The notes under the pieces were generated by a model. That model searched no databases and was not told the origin of the DNA. It saw only the letters and a list, made by a program, of their open reading frames with translations. Shown here one piece after another: positions 57,577 to 64,000 of a stretch of 64,000 nucleotides of DNA (position 1 is its first letter; the number at the start of each line of letters is the position of its first letter). The DNA is from a virus, in IMG/VR virus record IMGVR_UViG_3300032286_000547, positions 1-64,000 of that record; one strand, 5' to 3'. Both the position numbers and the translations under genes were made by a program.

Positions 57577-57970
57577 CGTTGTTGTTTTAACAGAAAACCA
57601 AGCTAGAGCTGTTGTTACTGATCTTGTACGTTATGATTTTGCTAAACAAATCATCAAAGAACAAGAAGCTAGAATCAAAAACTTTGAGAAGAAGGAGCTT
57701 GAATTCAAGAATCAATTAGATATAAAAGATTCTATCATCTTCCATCAAAAAGAAATGATTGATATCCATAAAGAGATCATCAAGAGTAAGAAACCTTTTG
57801 AATTTCATGGTTATGCTGGTGTTCAATCAACAAGATTTACATTAAGAGAACCTACATTATATACAAACCTAATGCTTGAATTCACAAGATTCAATGTAGG
57901 AGCTCAATACTTTGTACAACCTAATAACCCTCCAGGTTATAGTGTTGTTCTAGAATATAAATTATTTTAA
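57500..57970 (+). CDS. Putative outer-membrane spanin partner (signal peptide, coiled coil, C-terminal beta strands)
   Basis: 77-nt overlap with the i-spanin candidate in another frame; Sec-type signal, no Cys, ends YSVVLEYKLF. Confidence 0.5.
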   Translation: MYRLKLLIVFLLVGFNSISQTITKDSVVVLTENQARAVVTDLVRYDFAKQIIKEQEARIKNFEKKELEFKNQLDIKDSIIFHQKEMIDIHKEIIKSKKPFEFHGYAGVQSTRFTLREPTLYTNLMLEFTRFNVGAQYFVQPNNPPGYSVVLEYKLF

Positions 57971-57981
57971 ACCAAATAATA

Positions 57982-58410
57982 ATGGTAACAAGTGCACAGT
58001 GCTTAAAGAAGTGGGGTGATCCTGCTTTAACTGAGAACGAATTAAAATATATGACTGTATGGGATGTACCTACTAATTTAGAGATAGGTGTTATTCCAAA
58101 AAAGTTATACTGTAATAAAATAATGGTAGCTCCTCTATCTCAAGCTTTCACAAATCTTATAGATAGAAACTTTGTTAAAGAGTTGAAAACATTCGATGGA
58201 TGTTTCAATGTAAGAAGAAAGAGAGGACTAACTACAATGTCTTTACATTCCTGGGGGATAGCAATTGATGTTAATGCTGCTTGGAATGGATTACATAAAA
58301 CTCCACAACTATCTGCAGGATTTGTAAAATGTTTTACAGATGCTGGATTTGAATGGGGAGGTACGTGGAAAAGAAAAGATGGAATGCACTTCCAATTAAA
58401 ATCTATATAA
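57982..58410 (+). CDS. Endolysin, peptidase M15 family
   Basis: GCFNVR..RG, SLHSWGIAIDVN and WGG.W...DGMHFQ zinc-peptidase motifs. Confidence 0.9.
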   Translation: MVTSAQCLKKWGDPALTENELKYMTVWDVPTNLEIGVIPKKLYCNKIMVAPLSQAFTNLIDRNFVKELKTFDGCFNVRRKRGLTTMSLHSWGIAIDVNAAWNGLHKTPQLSAGFVKCFTDAGFEWGGTWKRKDGMHFQLKSI

Positions 58411-58411
58411 C

Positions 58412-58549
58412 ATGGCAAAAGTAACCAACATAGTAGAGAAGATATCTAAACCTAAAATCAGTAGACCAGGTGTACATGCTAAATCTCAAACATCTAACTT
58501 GAAATCATCTAAAAACTATAAGAAATTATATAGAGGACAAGGTAAATAA
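58412..58549 (+). CDS. 45-aa basic peptide ending YRGQGK (not in ORF track)
   Basis: MAKVTNIVEKISKPKISRPGVHAKSQTSNLKSSKNYKKLYRGQGK, starting 1 nt after the endolysin stop. Confidence 0.75.
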   Translation: MAKVTNIVEKISKPKISRPGVHAKSQTSNLKSSKNYKKLYRGQGK

Positions 58550-58612
58550 CTAAATTAGTTATTTTAATTTTGGTGAAAATCACTTACTTATGGTGAAAAA
58601 CACTTATTTTTG
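58544..58612 (+). promoter_or_regulatory. Palindrome, tandem 16-nt boxes and -7 element
   Basis: AAATAACTA-AAT-TAGTTATTT (58544-58564); TGGTGAAAAWCACTTA at 58571 and 58591; TATTTTTG 58605-58612. Confidence 0.6.
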
Positions 58613-58635
58613 TATAATAAATAAAATTTAAAGAA

Positions 58636-59649
58636 ATGGCTATACCATCTAGACAGATAGGCTGGGGAACAGAAGAAAATCTGTTATGGCAAATCTCTAA
58701 GCAATTAGAGAGATTAACACAGGTGACAGGAAATAGTGTAAGTGGATCTCAAACACTTGCACAAACACTTGTTACTGGAAACAATACAGGTGGGAATGAT
58801 ATACTATTAAATAGTACTGATGCAATACAGTTAGAAAATAATTCATCACTTAGAAAAGGAACTTATGATTTTGGTCAAGGTGGTGGTGTTTCACGTATAT
58901 GTGGTGTAGACTATGAAGATATGTGGCAAGGTGGAATTAGACACGTATTTGATTCCAATGGATTTATAAGAAATTCAACTAACTGCTTTAATATTATACC
59001 TAATTCAAGTTTTGATGATACTTTAAGATTTAAAATTGGTTCATTTTGGACTTTGGATGATGGTACTACTTATGAATGTACTAATGCAACAACAGGAGCT
59101 GCTGTTTGGCAATTATATTCTACACCTCCTAAGTATAAGGTGTTCACAGCTTTATTAACACAGAGTGGAGGAAATAATCCTGACACTATACCAGGCAACG
59201 GTGGAACGCTTGATGCTGGATATACTTATTTAATAATAGACAATCCAGATAATTATGATTTAACATTATATGGTGCACCAAATAACTTACCTGGAACATA
59301 TTTTATTTGTGCCAATTCTATTCTTAATCTTCCTTATACTAACAGTCTACAAATAGGAGTTAATTATGGTGCTCCAGTAGCAACTGTATTAGAGAACACT
59401 ATTGGGAATGTTTGGTTTACTTATGATGGTGTTGGTAACTATTCAGTTAAATCTAGTAATTTATTTTTAGAAAATAAAACAACACTAAGTATTAATCTAA
59501 TGGGTGATGATGTAGGTACTGGTTATATATGTTTAGGATATATTAATACTACAGAATCATTAGGTATTACAACAGGTACAGAAATAGGCGGCTCACAAGA
59601 CAATGTTTTAACATGGAAAACACCAATAGAAATAAGAGTTTATAATTAA
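58636..59649 (+). CDS. Putative virion decoration protein (MAIPSRQIGW module)
   Basis: N-terminus shared with 59660; C-domain YKVFTALLTQSG...P.ATVLENTIG...PIEIRVYN. Confidence 0.55.
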   Translation: MAIPSRQIGWGTEENLLWQISKQLERLTQVTGNSVSGSQTLAQTLVTGNNTGGNDILLNSTDAIQLENNSSLRKGTYDFGQGGGVSRICGVDYEDMWQGGIRHVFDSNGFIRNSTNCFNIIPNSSFDDTLRFKIGSFWTLDDGTTYECTNATTGAAVWQLYSTPPKYKVFTALLTQSGGNNPDTIPGNGGTLDAGYTYLIIDNPDNYDLTLYGAPNNLPGTYFICANSILNLPYTNSLQIGVNYGAPVATVLENTIGNVWFTYDGVGNYSVKSSNLFLENKTTLSINLMGDDVGTGYICLGYINTTESLGITTGTEIGGSQDNVLTWKTPIEIRVYN

Positions 59650-59659
59650 TAAATAAAAC

Positions 59660-60442
59660 ATGGCAATACCTAGTAGACAAATAGGATGGAGTGGAAGAGC
59701 TAACTTACTTTGGCAGATATCTAAACAATTAGAATATCTAACATGTGTAGCAGCTGGTGGATGTACAACTACTACATCTACTACCACTATTGCTCCTACC
59801 ACCACCACAACAACTACAATTTGTGTAGACTTTATTAATAGTATTGTTATTTCTGGTGGTTCATACACTGCTGCTAATGGAACTTATACAAGAGATACTC
59901 CTTCAGGATCTTTTACATTAACAGGTGGAGGTGGTGCTATATTCTTTGGTGGAGATGCTTGGTATATTTTTAATGCTACAATTGGAAATGTTGCAATAAA
60001 TACATCTACACTAGGAACTGGAACATGGGAACCTTTTGCTCCTGGAAATTCATCAGGAATTACTGCAGAGTATTTTTATTATACTTGTCCAACCACTACA
60101 ACCACAACTAGTAGTAGTTCTTCAACAACTTCTACTACTAGCACTACTACAACTGTAGCTCCAACTACTACTACAACAACTACAGTTATATATTCATTTA
60201 ATGTTACGCAATGTTGTGGAGGAACTGGTATTACAGTATATTCAGCTTCACCATCAATAACAGTAGGTGCATATTTATATACAAACTCAGGACTAACTGT
60301 TCCGTTTGTTAATGAACAAGGTGACGGTGCTCCTAACAGAATTGGTTTTGAGAATACTTGTGATGTTTCTTTTAGTGACGCATTTTTTACATATAATACA
60401 GGATACGTTTATACCATTAATGGTGGCGGTGGTTGCGACTAA
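59660..60442 (+). CDS. Putative decoration protein with MAIPSRQIGW module and two Thr tracts
   Basis: Paralogous N-terminus; T-rich linkers between small beta domains. Confidence 0.6.
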   Translation: MAIPSRQIGWSGRANLLWQISKQLEYLTCVAAGGCTTTTSTTTIAPTTTTTTTICVDFINSIVISGGSYTAANGTYTRDTPSGSFTLTGGGGAIFFGGDAWYIFNATIGNVAINTSTLGTGTWEPFAPGNSSGITAEYFYYTCPTTTTTTSSSSSTTSTTSTTTTVAPTTTTTTTVIYSFNVTQCCGGTGITVYSASPSITVGAYLYTNSGLTVPFVNEQGDGAPNRIGFENTCDVSFSDAFFTYNTGYVYTINGGGGCD

Positions 60443-60484
60443 TAACAAACAAAAAATAAATAATTATATTAAACCAACTACATT

Positions 60485-61501
60485 ATGAAAGATTTAAAAT
60501 TTGTACAAGCTTGCCCAAGCGATATTTATTATACATGGCAAGTGAACCTTTGGATGGAAAGCCTAAAAGAAATAGGACACTCTGACAAAGCAATCAATCT
60601 TATATTCACTCCTAAAGGAAGAGAGAATAGAGACAAATGGAAACAAATAGAAGACCTATATCCAGAAGCTGAGTTTCATTACTACGAGGATGAGGATGAT
60701 TTAAATCGATTAATTGGAATCTATATTCCTGTACTTAGACCATATGTTCTTTGGAAACATTTCAAGAAGCATCCAGAGCTAAGTGATAAAGCAATCTTCT
60801 ATTGTGACTCTGACATTCTATTCATGAAAGATTTCAATGTAGATCAGTTCTTAGAAGATGAAGTGTGTTACTTATCAGATACAAATAGCTACATCAATGC
60901 TAAATATTTTGATAGTAAGGTGAATCAAGTGTTACCAGAGAAACTGGAAGAATATAAAGGTAGAGACATCCTTGCAGAGATTGCAAGTGTTGTAGGAATA
61001 AGCAGAGAAATAGCTGAGGCTAACAATGATCATTCAGGAGGAGCACAATATCTATTAAAGAATGTAGATGGTGACTTCTGGAGTAAGGTGATGAATGATT
61101 GTATTCTTATTAGAACCTATTTACAAACAGTGAATAGAGAATTCTTTAAAGATGAAAATGCTGGATACCAAAGTTGGTGTGCTGATATGTGGGCTGTTCT
61201 TTGGAACCTATGGTTTAGAAACCAAGAAACAAAGGTGGTACCTGAAATGGCATTTGCATGGGCTACAGATCCTATATCAAAGCTTGATACACATACAATC
61301 TTTCATAATGCAGGAATAGTTTCTGAAACAGGAAATGGTTACCCAGCCTTTTACAAAGGCAAATATCACATGGGTACTGATCCAACAAAAGATCCTAACC
61401 TAGATATGATTCTTAATGACGAACAATCAAAAAAATATTGTACTTGGTTCTATGCAACTAAACTGAATGAAATTAAAAACAAATATAACCTAAACTATTA
61501 A
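60485..61501 (+). CDS. GT-A glycosyltransferase resembling HPAT/SERGT (GT95/GT96) peptide O-glycosyltransferases
   Basis: YYTWQ...ESL, Y.P.LRPY.L..HF, YCDSDILF (DxD), GGAQYL, W.KV..D, WCADMWA and IFH in the same order as in that family. Confidence 0.7.
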   Translation: MKDLKFVQACPSDIYYTWQVNLWMESLKEIGHSDKAINLIFTPKGRENRDKWKQIEDLYPEAEFHYYEDEDDLNRLIGIYIPVLRPYVLWKHFKKHPELSDKAIFYCDSDILFMKDFNVDQFLEDEVCYLSDTNSYINAKYFDSKVNQVLPEKLEEYKGRDILAEIASVVGISREIAEANNDHSGGAQYLLKNVDGDFWSKVMNDCILIRTYLQTVNREFFKDENAGYQSWCADMWAVLWNLWFRNQETKVVPEMAFAWATDPISKLDTHTIFHNAGIVSETGNGYPAFYKGKYHMGTDPTKDPNLDMILNDEQSKKYCTWFYATKLNEIKNKYNLNY

Positions 61502-61517
61502 CCATAAATTTTAAACA

Positions 61518-61781
61518 ATGGGAAGCATTAATACAAGACCTTTAAAGGCTTATGTTAGATTCGATGGATCTGGCAGAATAGTTGCAGGAAGTTTAGTTCT
61601 GAGAAAGAACAAACCTAAAGTTGGTAAATGGAAAGAGATTCCAGCATATGAGTGCTGTAATCCTACAACCACTACTACCACTACAGCTGCACCAACAACA
61701 ACAACAAGTACAACTGTAGCTCCAACTACCACAACCACAACAACTGCGAGAGCAACAACAACAACTACAACAACAAGATAA
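61518..61781 (+). CDS. Small protein: VRFDGSGRIV module plus pure poly-Thr tail
   Basis: 87 aa, of which the last ~38 are almost only Thr with A/P/V spacers. Confidence 0.65.
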   Translation: MGSINTRPLKAYVRFDGSGRIVAGSLVLRKNKPKVGKWKEIPAYECCNPTTTTTTTAAPTTTTSTTVAPTTTTTTTARATTTTTTTR

Positions 61782-61783
61782 TC

Positions 61784-62260
61784 ATGGCTAGAAGTAATAA
61801 CAATAATAAGCTTAAAGCTTTTGTACGTTTTGATGGTTCAGGACGTATTGTACCAAGTAGTTTAATTGTACAAGCATTTAAACCGAAGGTAGGTAACTAT
61901 CAAGAAATAGATGCTAAAGAGTGTTGTAATTACACAACAACTACAACAACAACTTTAGCACCAACAACAACCACTAGTACTACGGTAGCCCCTACTACAA
62001 CTACAACTACTACTGTAGCTTTAATTCCACTTACTTTTACAGTTTGTTGTGGAGAAGCTGAAGAAACTTTATATGCAACATCAAGTCCAGTAGTGCCTGG
62101 TGTTTATTTATATGAAAACGCGGCTGGTACAATTCCTGCTGTTTTAAGCGGAAATGTTGTGATCGGTGAAATCGATTGTCCTTTTGAAGAAAATATAGGA
62201 ATATCTACAAATGAATCTGGATTAGTTTTGAGTATTACAAACCCTATTAACTGTGCTTAA
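61784..62260 (+). CDS. Paralog of 61518 with Thr tract and extra C-terminal domain
   Basis: LKAFVRFDGSGRIV..SL....KPKVG...EI.A.ECCN; C-domain similar to the end of 59660 (CCG.....Y..S....G.YLY.N). Confidence 0.65.
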   Translation: MARSNNNNKLKAFVRFDGSGRIVPSSLIVQAFKPKVGNYQEIDAKECCNYTTTTTTTLAPTTTTSTTVAPTTTTTTTVALIPLTFTVCCGEAEETLYATSSPVVPGVYLYENAAGTIPAVLSGNVVIGEIDCPFEENIGISTNESGLVLSITNPINCA

Positions 62261-62279
62261 TAATTAAAAACTAAATAAC

Positions 62280-62693
62280 ATGGCAGTAAAATCCTTGTTT
62301 CCAGATGACATGATGAAATCATCATCTGAAGGCTTAACGTTAGACAGTATAGCTGCAAAGCTTACTTACTTTCATGAGCAATTACATCTGCTACATTGGC
62401 AAACAACTAGCTATGCAGAGCACCAAGCTCTAGGAGCATTGTATGATTATGTACATGATTTCAAAGATGGTGTGGTAGAAAAGATTATGGGATATACAGG
62501 TAAAAGACCTGGTCTTTATAAGATAGAACCTTTAACTAATTGTACACCTATGTCTTGTGTTGAAGATCTTTGTAACTTTGCAAGCAATTTAAAAAGATAT
62601 GGTGATATGAATAGTTATCATGATATTGGAAATCTTGCAGATTCACTATCTGGAGAAGCAGCTAAAACTAAATATCTATTAACATTGTCATAA
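62280..62693 (+). CDS. Ferritin/Dps-like four-helix protein (DUF5856-like)
   Basis: QLHLLHWQTTSYAEHQALG.LYD....D..VE..MG and the C-terminal KTKYLLTL. Confidence 0.7.
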   Translation: MAVKSLFPDDMMKSSSEGLTLDSIAAKLTYFHEQLHLLHWQTTSYAEHQALGALYDYVHDFKDGVVEKIMGYTGKRPGLYKIEPLTNCTPMSCVEDLCNFASNLKRYGDMNSYHDIGNLADSLSGEAAKTKYLLTLS

Positions 62694-62978
62694 ATGGAGA
62701 TAAACAGAAAACATTTTCCTAAAGTGATGCAAGATAACGATGAAGTCTTTCTTGCACACTTAGAAGGTGTAATAAGTTCTGTTGATGAATTATGTAGTCT
62801 AGAGATTACAAAGAATACAGATAGCTATAGATTCAGAATAGCAGCAAGTCATCCTATGTATAACAACATGCTTATAGAAGAGATTCTTAAGTTCTGCAAC
62901 ATGTTTAAGATAAGAGTGGACATGAGCAAATCAATAACAACATCAAGCGTTATTACGTTTGAAATAAACTTAGAATAA
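62694..62978 (+). CDS. Hypothetical protein
   Basis: 94-aa ORF tightly packed between its neighbours. Confidence 0.5.
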   Translation: MEINRKHFPKVMQDNDEVFLAHLEGVISSVDELCSLEITKNTDSYRFRIAASHPMYNNMLIEEILKFCNMFKIRVDMSKSITTSSVITFEINLE

Positions 62979-62979
62979 T

Positions 62980-63549
62980 ATGCCTACATTTATTAAACCC
63001 ACTCTTTGGGAAAAAAGAACTAATCCTGCACAAGGATATAGAGGAGAATTGAATCTTGATCAATTTGTAGAAAGCAAAATTCCTGCTCCTACAAGTCTTT
63101 ATTCTGCTACATTTTTTGATACCACTACTCAAACTACTGGTGGAGTTACAACAGCTAACCAAGTTGCAATCAATTCAACACAGTCAAATACTGGTTTTAC
63201 ATTAGCAAACAATACAATAACAGTTAATAACACTGGGATCTACTGTTTTATTGCTAACATGCAACTTTCATTTACTGGTGGATCTTCAAATCTTAATGTA
63301 ACTGTATGGTATGCTGTAGACAATGTGATTGTTCCTAATTCAGCATTTACATTCACTACATCAACAGCCCAAAATGATCAAACATTAGCAGCTATAACAG
63401 ATACAATAGCATTAACAGCTGGACAATCTTTAAAATTTTATTGGTGGTCTGGATCTGCAGGGATGAGACTTTTAACAACTGCTGCTGGAACTAATCCAAC
63501 AAGACCTGCATCACCTTCTGTAAATATTTCCATCTTTAATGTTGGATAA
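62980..63549 (+). CDS. C1q/TNF-like jelly-roll protein, paralogous to the middle domain of 48392
   Basis: FFDTTTQ, GIYCF.ANMQL, VWY...N..VPNS, L.AGQ.L and P.SPSV align with YSNNANQ, GVYEF..SLQV, IWVRKNG, L.ANDYL and PAAPSV. Confidence 0.55.
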   Translation: MPTFIKPTLWEKRTNPAQGYRGELNLDQFVESKIPAPTSLYSATFFDTTTQTTGGVTTANQVAINSTQSNTGFTLANNTITVNNTGIYCFIANMQLSFTGGSSNLNVTVWYAVDNVIVPNSAFTFTTSTAQNDQTLAAITDTIALTAGQSLKFYWWSGSAGMRLLTTAAGTNPTRPASPSVNISIFNVG

Positions 63550-63600
63550 TTAAAAAACATTTTTTACTTTTACTGATTAATAATAAAAACCAATTACATT

Positions 63601-63831
63601 ATGGCACAGTATGATCCTTCAAAAAGGTACACATGGACTCCTGAAGACACATTCACATTAACAGGACAACAGTTTGGATTATTTCTAAACACAGTTAGAG
63701 CTTACTTATCATCAGAAGAAGCTGCAAGGTTTCAATTAATGATGCAAGCTAATCAGGCAATTGAAGAATTAATGATTAAAGGTGTTGAAGCTGATATCAT
63801 TAAAGAGGTAGAAGCTCCTACAGCAGAATAA
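63601..63831 (+). CDS. Hypothetical protein
   Basis: 76-aa ORF with A-rich upstream region and a possible TACTTTTA -7 variant at 63565-63572. Confidence 0.55.
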   Translation: MAQYDPSKRYTWTPEDTFTLTGQQFGLFLNTVRAYLSSEEAARFQLMMQANQAIEELMIKGVEADIIKEVEAPTAE

Positions 63832-63887
63832 TTAACATACCTGTTGGGTGACGAAAAACAGGTGTTCTCGAACAAAAGCACTTCTCT

Positions 63888-64000
63888 ATGAGAATATACG
63901 AACCAAAGAATCGAATAGATGTTATAACACCCAAGGGAGATGGGATGATTTGGTTAGTGACTGATTATGGTCATGAAACTGATACCATCTATACAATTAT
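63888..64000 (+). CDS. Hypothetical protein, truncated by the window end (MRIYEPKNRIDVITPKGDGMIWLVTDYGHETDTIYTI...)
   Basis: Open from the ATG at 63888 to the window end. Confidence 0.5.
   Translation, partial: MRIYEPKNRIDVITPKGDGMIWLVTDYGHETDTIYTI

Noticed and set aside
4447-61738. Minus-strand poly-Val ORFs (4447, 6726, 7449, 9689, 59608, 61550) and VPEVP ORFs (48451, 49618, 50251)
   Set aside because: They are antisense shadows of ACN (Thr) and GGN-ACN-TCN repeats, with no independent start signals.
63834-63866. Hairpin ACCTGTT...AACAGGT with TGACGAAA in the loop as a hammerhead ribozyme
   Set aside because: The CUGANGA core and three-stem junction are not present; treated as a simple intergenic hairpin.
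1-64000. Stop-codon reassignment as in some gut crAss-like phages
   Set aside because: Multi-kb ORFs are intact in the standard code, TAG and TGA end plausible genes (57576, 57253, 53582), and no suppressor tRNA is seen.
1-64000. CRISPR array, diversity-generating retroelement, intron/intein, integrase or IS
   Set aside because: No spaced identical repeats, and no reverse transcriptase, homing endonuclease, intein, recombinase or transposase motifs recognised by eye; small or divergent elements could have been missed.

Overview
This AT-rich window reads as the late/structural half of a crAss-like (Crassvirales-type) podophage genome, most likely infecting an environmental Bacteroidota (Flavobacteria-like) host. 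The host call rests on TAnnTTTG promoters and A-rich, SD-less start contexts. It runs from the 3' end of the major capsid gene through an initiator-type tRNA-Met, the capsid/neck block, an IHF-like gene, tail tubular and muzzle (tail stabilization) genes, and large cargo proteins including a 4273-aa virion RNA polymerase (GSDFDIDK). It then continues through fibre genes, a lysis cassette and a second cluster of small structural-looking genes. The most striking feature is a probable phage-encoded protein O-glycosylation system. At least ten predicted virion proteins carry mucin-like poly-Thr/Ser tracts, and one fibre has (Gly-Thr-Ser)n repeats. The phage also encodes two enzymes whose recognisable relatives glycosylate protein hydroxyl groups: an HPAT/SERGT (GT95/GT96)-like GT-A enzyme placed among the Thr-tract genes, and a three-domain GT-A + GT4 + TibC/AAH-type fusion. 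Other points of note are a split muzzle gene, several reused N-terminal modules, two fixed-spacing promoter motifs, a non-lipoprotein spanin candidate and two small ORFs missed by the ORF track. All family assignments come from motif recognition by eye; no database search was run.
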